Below are positions 43,177 through 52,388 of a stretch of DNA of 64,000 bases, piece by piece. How positions within the stretch are numbered: the stretch's first letter is position 1; each line of letters opens with the position of its first letter. The stretch is from a virus. Taxonomy: Duplodnaviria > Caudoviricetes. A program made the translations under genes and the position numbers. The stretch is from positions 28,207 to 92,206 of the IMG/VR virus record IMGVR_UViG_3300020029_000569. One strand, written 5' to 3'. The notes under the pieces were generated by a model. It was given only the letters and a program-made list of their open reading frames with translations. It ran no database searches and was not told the origin of the DNA.

Positions 43177-43404
43177 ATGAATTACAAATTAACAACTCCC
43201 GCAATAGACTTTCTTCGCATTACGATTAAGGAAGTACAAGGTGCAGCAGATTTAATGAGAATATTAAAACTGAAAGAAGCACAAATCAGAAATGTAATCA
43301 GCGCAAACTCGCCAAACGGTCAACTGACAATGGTTGCAGTAGTTGAATACATCAAAGAAAATTCATCATTGAGAAGTGAAAGTAAAATATTAGAAACGGT
43401 ATGA
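43177..43404 (+). CDS. Small putative DNA-binding regulator at a divergent promoter
   Basis: TATCTTTG box at 43165-43172; HTH-like helical sequence; first gene of the rightward operon. Confidence 0.45.
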   Translation: MNYKLTTPAIDFLRITIKEVQGAADLMRILKLKEAQIRNVISANSPNGQLTMVAVVEYIKENSSLRSESKILETV

Positions 43405-43740
43405 TAAACATTTCAATAATAACATTTTTATTAGGAATGATAACAACATCATTTATTAGGCATAGTCATACGTGGCATATAGCATTACCAATTCTTACAG
43501 GATATTTACTGTGCCTTATTTTTAACTGCAAAAAACAAAGTAAATGAAAAATCCAACGCATTTTATTGAGGTATGGCGGCACAGACATAAAGGTGCTGAA
43601 ACAATTTGCGGTAAAACAATGCCGATAGGCGCACTTAAAACAGTATTACAAAATACAAAAAGGTTAGACGCATACACCATCTGCATTTTCCTAATAACTA
43701 AAAAATAAAAACGTAAGGCTGCTTTAAAGCCATTAAATAT

Positions 43741-44025
43741 ATGAAATATTTAAAGTACAAAGAAGGTGATATTTTATGTATTGACGCTGACAACATAGGG
43801 CATCAATATGAAATGGGTGAATTGGTTACAGTTTTGGAACTAATTGACGAACCGTATCTTACAGACGAACCGCATTATAGGGTTACAAACGGCATTAGAC
43901 AAAGATGTGTTTTAGACGAAGAAGTTAATCTTTATAAATCTAAAAAGCAACAAGAATATGACAAAGAAAAGCACAGCAAAAAGAATCGTGAATATAGCCC
44001 GGTAACTAAAATAATTAAACCCTAA
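43741..44025 (+). CDS. Hypothetical phage protein
   Basis: 94-aa ORF. Confidence 0.55.
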   Translation: MKYLKYKEGDILCIDADNIGHQYEMGELVTVLELIDEPYLTDEPHYRVTNGIRQRCVLDEEVNLYKSKKQQEYDKEKHSKKNREYSPVTKIIKP

Positions 44026-44028
44026 ACC

Positions 44029-44427
44029 ATGCAAACCCTAAACCACCGCCGCCAGTCCTTGCTGTTAAACCCTGATAGTAAAATAGGGGTGATTAATGAG
44101 AGGGGCGATTTAAGCCAATTACAAACGATCCTTAGTAGTCCGAATATGTGTGGGAGTTACAGGTACTATACAATCATGTTAGCTACTGACATACCGGAAG
44201 CGGGCATTATTTACCAGCCAATTTCCTATTTTTACGAACCCGACACCATCATAACTGATGAAGTGGAACTGCCGAAAGTGGATCGTAAGCCGTCAGCATA
44301 TAACACACCGTATGGAGTTGTATATCCATGCCAATTAAAGCCTATTTATTGCACTGAATTTAAAATGGAAAACGGATCACTCATTCACCTCACCGATTTA
44401 GACATTGAAAACATTAAAAAATTGTAA
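44029..44427 (+). CDS. Hypothetical phage protein
   Basis: 132-aa ORF in the operon. Confidence 0.55.
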   Translation: MQTLNHRRQSLLLNPDSKIGVINERGDLSQLQTILSSPNMCGSYRYYTIMLATDIPEAGIIYQPISYFYEPDTIITDEVELPKVDRKPSAYNTPYGVVYPCQLKPIYCTEFKMENGSLIHLTDLDIENIKKL

Positions 44428-44429
44428 TT

Positions 44430-44852
44430 ATGACAATAGAACAATTATCGGCTTATTTGCCGTATGAAATTGACATTTTTTGGAAGAATGAAAAACTACT
44501 ACTCAGGTCATTACTTATTAATGGTAGGTGTCAATTAATTGATGACTACGATCAAGTATTTGGTGTTGAAATTAAACACATTAAACCATACCTTCGCCCC
44601 CTATCCCAACTAACTGAAACTATTGTGCATGAGGGTAAAGAGGTGAATGTGGCAGATATATTTTGGCAAGAGTTTGGCGCAGGAGTATCTATAAATTACA
44701 AAAAAGTATGGCAGGGTGTATTTATGGATAATATAAAAAACAGTCCATATACATCAATTCAATATGGTACACTTCAGACATTACTACAATACCACTTCAA
44801 CATCTTCAACTTACCAGAATCCGAATTTATACCCATCCCGACTGCGAAATGA
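44430..44852 (+). CDS. Hypothetical phage protein (AYLPY...KPYLRPLSQL motif)
   Basis: 140 aa; motif pattern I associate with Bacteroidota phage proteins. Confidence 0.6.
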   Translation: MTIEQLSAYLPYEIDIFWKNEKLLLRSLLINGRCQLIDDYDQVFGVEIKHIKPYLRPLSQLTETIVHEGKEVNVADIFWQEFGAGVSINYKKVWQGVFMDNIKNSPYTSIQYGTLQTLLQYHFNIFNLPESEFIPIPTAK

Positions 44853-44885
44853 TAGCTAAAAATTATAAATTAAAAAATAAGTAAG

Positions 44886-45233
44886 ATGAGATTTAACCAA
44901 GCGACATTAAGTTATTTATCAGAGGTAGGCGCAGTTCTACAAAAGTCAGAATACAAAGTTACTGATGTTAATTTCGGAGAATTGAAAGCGTATGTAAATA
45001 AAGTTGATACATATAAAAAGCGAAATGGTAAGATTTGTAAAGTTGAACACCACTTTGGCAAATGGGTATCATTCCCTAAAGAATATGTCAGTTATGGCCA
45101 AAGAAAATACACTGGGGAGACTAATGATTGGTGCGTTGGAGACCGCGAAACAATTAGCGGAACAACTACTTGCAAATATCTAAATGCTGCCGCTAAAGAG
45201 CATATAGTCAAACTTTATCACAAACTGCCATAA
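44886..45233 (+). CDS. Hypothetical phage protein
   Basis: 115-aa ORF. Confidence 0.55.
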   Translation: MRFNQATLSYLSEVGAVLQKSEYKVTDVNFGELKAYVNKVDTYKKRNGKICKVEHHFGKWVSFPKEYVSYGQRKYTGETNDWCVGDRETISGTTTCKYLNAAAKEHIVKLYHKLP

Positions 45234-45281
45234 ACAAAATTTACAACTAAAACGGTAGGCCCCGTAAATGCCAGATGAGAT

Positions 45282-45692
45282 ATGAAAACATTTAAAGCAA
45301 ATCAGGAATTAATCCTATTTACGCTACCTCTTGATGCGCACTATGTAAAACCTGTATTATGTATGGGGTGTGCGGGAATAACTTGGTTAGAAAGGAAACC
45401 ATCTCACTATAATTTCATTTTTATGCCCTCTGTAAGTCCGAATAAATTATCTGATTGGCAACTACTCGGAAAACTATCAGAAATATCAGAAGATGTGGCA
45501 AAGACTATGGTGGACGACTGCCCATACTTTGCAAAATGCTGGAAGAATTACGGGTATGTAAAAACACATGAAAGCGTAAAAGAAAGAACGCGAGATACTT
45601 CATGCAACACCGCCATCGAATCGCTGCAATCAATCGCAAAGCATCTTGGATTTGAATTGACTGACAATATTTATTTACTTACAAACCAATAA
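45282..45692 (+). CDS. Hypothetical phage protein
   Basis: 136-aa ORF. Confidence 0.55.
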   Translation: MKTFKANQELILFTLPLDAHYVKPVLCMGCAGITWLERKPSHYNFIFMPSVSPNKLSDWQLLGKLSEISEDVAKTMVDDCPYFAKCWKNYGYVKTHESVKERTRDTSCNTAIESLQSIAKHLGFELTDNIYLLTNQ

Positions 45693-45693
45693 C

Positions 45694-45882
45694 ATGAACA
45701 AACAAATTAAAGATATTTTAGAAAAGCACGTTGACCTTAAATTTATAGGCAATGGTACATTCGCAGAAAACCTAAATAACGCCATCATTGATATATGCAG
45801 CAGGCAAATTGAAGTTACCGCAAAACAACTATCAAAGTACTTAAAGAAAGTAGAATTAACTTATAAAAACATCTCAAAATGA
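45694..45882 (+). CDS. Hypothetical protein
   Basis: 62 aa; overlaps the next start. Confidence 0.5.
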   Translation: MNKQIKDILEKHVDLKFIGNGTFAENLNNAIIDICSRQIEVTAKQLSKYLKKVELTYKNISK

Positions 45883-46358
45883 ACAAACAAACAAATGAGG
45901 GGCTGCGGAAGCCACTCGATAAAATAATAGCACACATGAAAAGTTGTGCAGAATATGCCGAAAAAGAAGGAGAAAACATGGATGATGTATCATGGGACAT
46001 GGAGGAGGGTATTTTAATATCATACAATGATGCTAAACTTATACTAAGCGAACTACTCAGCACTCAAAAAATGGGAGTGGAAGGGGATGGGTGGGCAGAT
46101 GATTTAAATTCGGAAGAACTGCACCCTGATAGTGTAAGGCTATTAGAAATAACATTTGAAGAACTGCGATTAAAAATGATCAAAAGCCAGAAAAAATACG
46201 GATATACAAACGGATGGCTGACCTCAAATTGGGAAGATGAATGCAGAGAACAATTAATACAGCATTTATACAAAGGCGATCCGCTTGATGTAGCTATATA
46301 CGCATTGTTTATGATTTATAGAGGTTGGTCAACTAACCCCACCAACCCGAACCGATAA
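45879..46358 (+). CDS. Phage protein with KGDPxDVA motif (MazG-like fold possible)
   Basis: C-terminal KKYGY..W..HLYKGDPLDVAIYALF. Confidence 0.5.
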   Translation: MNKQTNEGLRKPLDKIIAHMKSCAEYAEKEGENMDDVSWDMEEGILISYNDAKLILSELLSTQKMGVEGDGWADDLNSEELHPDSVRLLEITFEELRLKMIKSQKKYGYTNGWLTSNWEDECREQLIQHLYKGDPLDVAIYALFMIYRGWSTNPTNPNR

Positions 46359-46384
46359 AATGATGAATATGGAGGCGGTAAAGG

Positions 46385-47191
46385 TAACGGTCTGACGCTA
46401 TACGAAGGCAGGGAATAAGATGCACTCCCTTTCAGCCTTGCACAAATGATAAATAGACTTGTTTATTTGAAAAATTATATTTATCTTTGTGGTATGAAAA
46501 ATTGTTACGTTTACATACACAAAAAAGCAGACACGAAAGAAGTGTTTTACGTTGGAATAGGAAACCAATTAAAATATAGGAGAGCTTATCAGGTTACTGC
46601 AAATCGTAGAAGCAAAGAATGGGCAAGGGTTGTTGAGAAACACGGAGTTGAGGTTGAAGTATTTGCGGATAATTTAACAAGAGAAGAAGCTTTTGAAATA
46701 GAAATTTCTCTTATTAAAAAATATGGCAGAATAGACTTAGGCAATGGTTGTTTAGTGAATATGACAAAAGGTGGAGATGGTATTTATGAATTATCAGAAG
46801 AAGCTAAAAAACGAAATCCGAGAAATAGGGGGCAGAAAAGAGCAGAACACGCAACAAGAATTACTAAAGAAAAACTAACTGGTAGAGTTTTAAGTGAGGA
46901 AACAAAACACAAGATGAGGTTGTCTAAATTAGGTAAAAAACAATCAAAAGAGCATTTAGAAAAGAGAAAGCAAGGTTTAAAAAACACACATTATAAGGGT
47001 AGGACAATTTTAAATACTGAAACCAATGAAACATTTAACTCTATTTCAGAAGCAGCAAGGTTTTATAATATTGAAATTTCTACACTAAATAGAAAGCTAA
47101 ATGGCAAAACCAAAAACGATACGAATTTAATTATTAAATAAAGAAACGCTCACTTTAGCAGTACGCCCCTGCTTTTGTATAGCGTATGTTA
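46385..47191 (+). repeat. attC-like site 1, interrupted by a GIY-YIG gene
   Basis: TAAC ggtctg ACGCTATACGAAGGCAGGG (46395-46413) ... CCCTGCTTTTGTATAGCGT (47167-47185) at GTTA. Confidence 0.75.
46494..47141 (+). CDS. GIY-YIG homing endonuclease with NUMOD3/NUMOD1-type DNA-binding repeats
   Basis: YVYIH..FYVGIG..R..E..LVNMTKGGDG; LSEETKHKMRLSK; FNSISEAAR; own TATCTTTG box at 46482-46489. Confidence 0.88.
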   Translation: MKNCYVYIHKKADTKEVFYVGIGNQLKYRRAYQVTANRRSKEWARVVEKHGVEVEVFADNLTREEAFEIEISLIKKYGRIDLGNGCLVNMTKGGDGIYELSEEAKKRNPRNRGQKRAEHATRITKEKLTGRVLSEETKHKMRLSKLGKKQSKEHLEKRKQGLKNTHYKGRTILNTETNETFNSISEAARFYNIEISTLNRKLNGKTKNDTNLIIK

Positions 47192-47214
47192 TGGGGCGTT
47201 TTTAATCGAAATTT

Positions 47215-47496
47215 ATGAACACATACGAAATTCAAAAAGACCTTCAAAAGGCACTCGAAAACATTGATAAGAACGATTATATTCTTCGTTCACTAATCGC
47301 TCACTTGGAAGAACAATGTACTGAGGAAGAAGTAAAATTGGTTGAAGATAAAATATTTGAACTTGAACCGAAAGAATATGATAATAGGGAAGATTTCTTA
47401 GAAGACTATCAGCCAATTTTTGATTTGGTTGAATTTCCTTTCAAAGACTGCTTTCGTCTTTTTGACAAACGGCAACTTAATTGGGATGCTCTGTAA
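47215..47496 (+). CDS. Cassette A: acidic hypothetical protein
   Basis: 93 aa between GTTATGGGGCGTTTT and AAAATGCCCTATAAC. Confidence 0.7.
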   Translation: MNTYEIQKDLQKALENIDKNDYILRSLIAHLEEQCTEEEVKLVEDKIFELEPKEYDNREDFLEDYQPIFDLVEFPFKDCFRLFDKRQLNWDAL

Positions 47497-47505
47497 AATG
47501 CCCTA

Positions 47506-47598
47506 TAACGTTTTGCGGCTTTGTGTCTGTTTGCCCCTTGCACAAAGTTTCAAGTTACCACAAATGCTGATGGGGCAAATAGCACAAAACCGCTGTTA
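47506..47598 (+). repeat. attC-like site 2 (93 bp)
   Basis: TAAC gtttt GCGGCTTTGTGTCTGTTTGCCCC ... GGGGCAAATAGCACAAAACCGC t GTTA. Confidence 0.8.
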
Positions 47599-47626
47599 GG
47601 CGTATGTATTTAAAAACTTTGACGAA

Positions 47627-48286
47627 ATGATAAAGCACCCTGCAACGTACACAAATAGTTTCATTCCAAAATTTGCTGAACTGCTTATTGGATGTGAAAA
47701 CGTACTTGACATTTTCGGAGGCATTGGAAAACTTGCCCTGATAAAAGAACACGGATTTACTGGCAAAGTAATCTGTAATGAATTAGAACGAGAATGGGCG
47801 GAAACATCACCGTATAATGTTGATGAATGGCATATTGGAGATGCTGCGAATATGCAGTGGGCTGAAAGTAACTCTTTTGATGCAATATGCACAAGCCCGA
47901 CCTATGGCAATAGAATGGCTGACCACCATAACGCAAAAGATGGAAGCAAAAGAGTTACTTACAAACATTTTTTAGGGCGGGATTTGAACGAAGCTAATAC
48001 TGGTAGAATGCAATGGGGTGATAAATACCGAGAAAAGCACTTGGAGATTTACAAAGAATGTGCAAGGGTTCTAAAAAATGGTGGGCTTATGATTGTGAAT
48101 GTTTCCGACCATATCCGAAAAGGGCAAGTTGTGAATGTGGTAGAATGGCATAAGGAAGCACTAACAAATTTTGGAATGAAACTTATAGACGAAATAAAAA
48201 TTGAAACACCGAGAATGGGATTTGGGCAGAACGCTAAAAGCAGGGTGCAACACGAATGTATCTTGGTCTTTCGGCATGGCGTATAA
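47627..48286 (+). CDS. Cassette B: SAM-dependent DNA methyltransferase (N4C/N6A-type)
   Basis: LDIFGGIG SAM motif then TSPTY catalytic-like motif; stop codon is the TAA of TAAC. Confidence 0.8.
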   Translation: MIKHPATYTNSFIPKFAELLIGCENVLDIFGGIGKLALIKEHGFTGKVICNELEREWAETSPYNVDEWHIGDAANMQWAESNSFDAICTSPTYGNRMADHHNAKDGSKRVTYKHFLGRDLNEANTGRMQWGDKYREKHLEIYKECARVLKNGGLMIVNVSDHIRKGQVVNVVEWHKEALTNFGMKLIDEIKIETPRMGFGQNAKSRVQHECILVFRHGV

Positions 48287-48409
48287 CGTTTTGCGTGTAT
48301 AAGAAGTGGCGGATTAGAAATCCAAAACTTTCAGCAAACGCAGAACTTTGATAGAATGACAAAACTTTAAATTAACCAAAAAAACCGCCATTTTTTATAC
48401 ACGCTGTTA
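48284..48409 (+). repeat. attC-like site 3 (126 bp)
   Basis: TAAC gttttg CGTGTATAAGAAGTGGCGG ... CCGCCATTTTTTATACACG ct GTTA. Confidence 0.85.
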
Positions 48410-48512
48410 TAAGCTGGTGCGGTTTATTAACGCAGAATTTGAATCAAAGAACGAAACCTTTTTCTTTTCTTTTTTGAGCGATGGCAAAAATAAATTTGAA
48501 AAATTTAAAAAT

Positions 48513-49355
48513 ATGATTGATATAAACAAAAATTACAATGAAAGCAATTTAGAAACAATGGCAAAGATGCCTGATTGTTTTGTAGATTTAACGGTAACAT
48601 CACCACCGTATGATAATTTAAGAACCTATGAGAACGATGACTACTTAACTTGTGGTGAGTTTGAAGATATGGTTAAGGAGCTTTGGCGAATTACAAAAGA
48701 TGGTGGTGTAGTTGTTTGGATTGTAGGTGATTCAGTTAAAAACGGAAACGAAAGTGGGACAAGTTTTTATCATGCTTTGACTTTTAAGAAGTATGGTTGG
48801 AACTTATTTGATACTATGATTTACTTTAAAAATGGCGGTCTAAATTCAGGTGCGAATAACTCATACATTCAAAAGTTTGAGTATATGTTTGTTTTTTCAA
48901 AGGGTAAAATAAAAACAACAAACATTATTGAGGATAGACCAAACGAACACACAAAGCCACGAAAAAAGAAAAAACGAAACCCTGATGGCACATTTAGAAT
49001 ACAGGAAGTGCTAACGAAAGAACAAGGCAAGAGATATAATATTTGGTGTGTAAATACAGGAATACCGCACTCAACCCAAGACAAAATCGCTTATGAGCAT
49101 CCTGCAATATTCCCAGAAGTACTTGCTAATGACCACATAATAAGTTGGAGTAATGAAGGTGATTTGGTTTACGACCCTTTTATGGGAAGTGGAACAACTG
49201 CTAAAATGAGTATTCTAAATAATAGAAATTGGATTGGAAGCGAAATATCTTCTGAATATTGTGAGATTATTGAAGAACGTATTAAAAAAGCGTGGGAAGA
49301 AAAAAGAAAAGAAAAAGATTTACAAGCAGGAACTCTATTCGGAGACGAAATGTAG
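48513..49355 (+). CDS. Cassette C: beta-class N4C/N6A DNA methyltransferase
   Basis: TSPPY, HPAIFP, DPFMGSGTT; likely ATG at 48513. Confidence 0.92.
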   Translation: MIDINKNYNESNLETMAKMPDCFVDLTVTSPPYDNLRTYENDDYLTCGEFEDMVKELWRITKDGGVVVWIVGDSVKNGNESGTSFYHALTFKKYGWNLFDTMIYFKNGGLNSGANNSYIQKFEYMFVFSKGKIKTTNIIEDRPNEHTKPRKKKKRNPDGTFRIQEVLTKEQGKRYNIWCVNTGIPHSTQDKIAYEHPAIFPEVLANDHIISWSNEGDLVYDPFMGSGTTAKMSILNNRNWIGSEISSEYCEIIEERIKKAWEEKRKEKDLQAGTLFGDEM

Positions 49356-49365
49356 CACTTGCTTA

Positions 49366-49435
49366 TAACGTTAAAACTACACGCTGGTTGCCTATTTATT
49401 CCAATGCTTCGGCAACTAGCTTGTAGTGATTGTTA
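49366..49435 (+). repeat. attC-like site 4 (70 bp)
   Basis: TAAC gttaaa ACTACACGCTGGTTGCC ... GGCAACTAGCTTGTAGT gatt GTTA. Confidence 0.8.
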
Positions 49436-49542
49436 GTAGCTGTTTATCTAATTTACATTTATTTTGAAAATATTTGTAATTTTATTAGGTTATACAAAAA
49501 TTAGTTGTATATTTGTATAACAAAATCAAACAAATACAAATT

Positions 49543-49767
49543 ATGAAAACATCAACTTACACTTACCAATTTACAAACGGAACTTTTACAATCACAAAAG
49601 GAATAAGAACAAAATTTGATTGGTTTGTTGAAGTAGAATTAAATCCAATTGAATGTGATGGATATGTTGAAAAGAGATTTATAAAACTAGACCAAAATTT
49701 ATTTTTAACTTTAAAAAATGCAAAAGAAACCACAATTAAATTACTAACTAAATTTAACTTATTATAA
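49543..49767 (+). CDS. Cassette D gene 1, hypothetical
   Basis: ATG at 49543 after a TATATTTG box at 49508-49515. Confidence 0.6.
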   Translation: MKTSTYTYQFTNGTFTITKGIRTKFDWFVEVELNPIECDGYVEKRFIKLDQNLFLTLKNAKETTIKLLTKFNLL

Positions 49768-50180
49768 TGAAACTAATTCCAATGACTAATTTTGTTTTCC
49801 AGCAAAAAGAAAAATTAACAGATATTTACGGTAATGCAAAAGATGTGTTAGAAATTGACAAATCAAGAATAAATTTTATTCACAGCGTTTCAAATTACGC
49901 AAAGTTCCTAAATGAAACAATTTCACTAGGAATGCTAGTTCCTTGTGATGAAAAAGGAATTGAAATAATTATAGATACTGAGCACCGAGAAGATAGCACA
50001 AGTTGGTCACCTGATGAAATTGAACAATATAAAAAAGCTGAAACCGAAATTTATTTAAAAACAACAATAGATTTAGATACTGCTAAATTTCACGTTAAGC
50101 AAAAAAGAACAATTGAATATTTTACCTCTTTTAATATTGAAATATCCGAGTATGCTATTAAAAAATTTCAATTAGAATAG
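49767..50180 (+). CDS. Cassette D gene 2, hypothetical phage protein
   Basis: 137 aa; MKLIPMTNFV..NYAKFL..LGMLVPCDE. Confidence 0.65.
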   Translation: MKLIPMTNFVFQQKEKLTDIYGNAKDVLEIDKSRINFIHSVSNYAKFLNETISLGMLVPCDEKGIEIIIDTEHREDSTSWSPDEIEQYKKAETEIYLKTTIDLDTAKFHVKQKRTIEYFTSFNIEISEYAIKKFQLE

Positions 50181-50182
50181 TT

Positions 50183-50350
50183 ATGCAAAGACAATCAATA
50201 ATAGTATTTATTCAAGGCGATAGAATAGAAACGTATGGAAACTTAAAAAAGTGCTGTGAATGTGAGAACTTGAAATATCACACTTTAGCACGTTTAAAAT
50301 TTCCAATTCGGCTAAATGATGTAGTTATACACAAAACGCTCTTTAAATAG
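50183..50350 (+). CDS. Cassette D gene 3, 55-aa putative DNA-binding protein
   Basis: Hand translation MQRQSIIVFIQGDRIETYGNLKKCCECENLKYHTLARLK... Confidence 0.55.
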   Translation: MQRQSIIVFIQGDRIETYGNLKKCCECENLKYHTLARLKFPIRLNDVVIHKTLFK

Positions 50351-50354
50351 CTAC

Positions 50355-50481
50355 TAACGTATCGGTGCTATACGATGTGGCGGATTTTTAGTACTAAAGT
50401 CCAATACGAAGCACCAAAGTTGAATTTAAAATAAATGTTTAATCGAATCACGTCAGCCGCCATATTGTATAGCACTTGTTA
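50355..50481 (+). repeat. attC-like site 5 (127 bp)
   Basis: TAAC gtatcg GTGCTATACGATGTGGCGG ... CCGCCATATTGTATAGCAC tt GTTA. Confidence 0.85.
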
Positions 50482-50512
50482 GCGGATGCCGTTTCTTCAC
50501 AATAATTTCAAA

Positions 50513-50749
50513 ATGGAATACAAAGCACAAGAATTAAAAAAAGATTTAATTACAAAGCGTTGCATTGATAACGATATGACAATGGATGAAGCTTGTAAAG
50601 AAATAGGAATTTCAAAAGCTACATTATCAAGGTTGGAAAAGTCAAAACTGCCCGATGTCGAAACTCTTGGTAAGGTATGCACTTGGTTAGGGACAGAGCC
50701 AAATAAATACTTTGTCATTGTTCGCAAGCGTCAAGACGGTTTCCGCTAA
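50513..50749 (+). CDS. Cassette E: XRE-family HTH regulator
   Basis: MTMDEACKEIGISKATLSRLEKSKLPDVETLGKVCTWL; stop in TAAC. Confidence 0.85.
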   Translation: MEYKAQELKKDLITKRCIDNDMTMDEACKEIGISKATLSRLEKSKLPDVETLGKVCTWLGTEPNKYFVIVRKRQDGFR

Positions 50750-50871
50750 CGGTCGAGTATTGCCGAAGGTGGGGCATTATACCACTAATGTTTAATTGAA
50801 ATACAAAACTTGATAATATGAAAAATGTTGATTTGAAAAACGAAACCCCCACTTGCGGCAATACTTTGTTA
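50747..50871 (+). repeat. attC-like site 6 (125 bp)
   Basis: TAAC ggtcg AGTATTGCCGAAGGTGGGG ... CCCCACTTGCGGCAATACT tt GTTA. Confidence 0.85.
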
Positions 50872-51207
50872 TGCCCCGTTTTGGGTCAAACTTACAACTA
50901 CTTTGATGACGGGAAGATTAGACCAAGTAGAAGAATGGAAGTTGTTATTACAGAAATTATCCCATTTAATGAAATTGATGCAGAAACTTTGGAATCTTGG
51001 AAAGAAGAAGTTGAAGAATGTAATTGGCTTTACGCTAAAGAAACTGATTTCTTTGTAAAGGGTGATTTAAAAGTTTCTGATGATAAGATTGAAAAGATAA
51101 TTTTTGTAAGAACTATCAATAATAATGATGGTTGGTTTAGTCTTGGATGGTGGGGAGGTAGATTAGATATTGACGGTTCGTTGAACGCTCTGTTAAATGG
51201 GGCATAA
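50818..51207 (+). CDS. Cassette F: hypothetical protein (start codon inside site 6)
   Basis: 129 aa; stop in TAAC. Confidence 0.7.
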   Translation: MKNVDLKNETPTCGNTLLCPVLGQTYNYFDDGKIRPSRRMEVVITEIIPFNEIDAETLESWKEEVEECNWLYAKETDFFVKGDLKVSDDKIEKIIFVRTINNNDGWFSLGWWGGRLDIDGSLNALLNGA

Positions 51208-51330
51208 CGTAAAAGCATTGCTGTCAGTGGCGGAAATTGAAGCACAAAAGTTAAATTATGCAGAAAAGTTTATTTGAAAATATACAGTTGAATGAAGTAC
51301 ATCAGCCGCCATTGCAGCAATGCAGTGTTA
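51205..51330 (+). repeat. attC-like site 7 (126 bp)
   Basis: TAAC gtaaaa GCATTGCTGTCAGTGGCGG ... CCGCCATTGCAGCAATGC agt GTTA. Confidence 0.85.
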
Positions 51331-52271
51331 GCCGCAGTACTTTGTTATTAGGTGATTGCTTAATTGAAAGCGATAAAATTGAAAGCGGAACAGTTGATTT
51401 GATATTGACTGATTTACCTTATGGAAATATGGGAATGGAAGGTACAAATCACGGAATGACAGGGAAAGTTAGCTGGGATGAAACTATAAACCCAAGTGAT
51501 TTATTTGTGGTTGCGGATAGAATTTTGCGAAAAAACGGCAAAATGATTTTGTTTAGCCAAGAACCATATACAAACGAATTGATAAGTAAGGCAATACCTA
51601 ATTTACCATATAACTATAAGGCTTTTTGGGAGAAAGACCATTTTGCCAACGCTTTAAATGCTAAAAAAGCAATGTTAAATTATGCAGAAGAAATACTTAT
51701 ATACAGCAAAAACAACCCAAAACACGACTTTGAAGGATTACACCCATTGAGAGTATACTTTTTAACTCAAAAAGAAGAAAGTAAATTAACCGATAGCGAT
51801 ATAAAAAAAATACTTGGTAACGGAATGGGTGGGCATTACTTTACTAATGGCAGTCAGTTTTGTTTACCTACTTTGGCTAATTATGAAAAACTACAAACTA
51901 CTGGATTTTTTAAGCGTGATTGGAATGAATTAAAGCAAATAGATACGGAATACCGAACCGAACTATTAAAGCAAATGAATGACAAATACCCAAGCACCTT
52001 TAACCTATGGGAAGGCAACAAATACAAAAGCAACATCCTGAAATACAAAAAGGATTACAACGGCTACCACCCCACACAAAAACCTGTTTTATTGCTCGAA
52101 GATTTAATCAAGACTTTCAGTAATGAAAATGATTTAGTAGTTGATTTGACAATGGGAAGCGGCTCAACTGGTGTAGCCTGTCGAAATACAAACAGAAGAT
52201 TTATCGGCATAGAGAAAGATGAAAAGTATTTTGAGATTGCAGTACGGAGGGTGTCTGCGTATTGCGGCTAA
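51258..52271 (+). CDS. Cassette G: beta-class N6A DNA methyltransferase (start inside site 7)
   Basis: TDLPY, HPTQKP, DLTMGSGSTG; stop in TAAC. Confidence 0.92.
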   Translation: MQKSLFENIQLNEVHQPPLQQCSVSRSTLLLGDCLIESDKIESGTVDLILTDLPYGNMGMEGTNHGMTGKVSWDETINPSDLFVVADRILRKNGKMILFSQEPYTNELISKAIPNLPYNYKAFWEKDHFANALNAKKAMLNYAEEILIYSKNNPKHDFEGLHPLRVYFLTQKEESKLTDSDIKKILGNGMGGHYFTNGSQFCLPTLANYEKLQTTGFFKRDWNELKQIDTEYRTELLKQMNDKYPSTFNLWEGNKYKSNILKYKKDYNGYHPTQKPVLLLEDLIKTFSNENDLVVDLTMGSGSTGVACRNTNRRFIGIEKDEKYFEIAVRRVSAYCG

Positions 52272-52388
52272 CGGTTTCGGGCTTGGCGAAGTGGCTGAAC
52301 CCGAAGCTAAACTGGAACACAGAACTTTAAAATTAAGAACGAATGATTGATAGAATTACCGAACAGCCATTTCGCCAAACCCGTGTTA
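52269..52388 (+). repeat. attC-like site 8 (120 bp)
   Basis: TAAC ggttt CGGGCTTGGCGAAGTGGCTG ... CAGCCATTTCGCCAAACCCG t GTTA. Confidence 0.85.
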
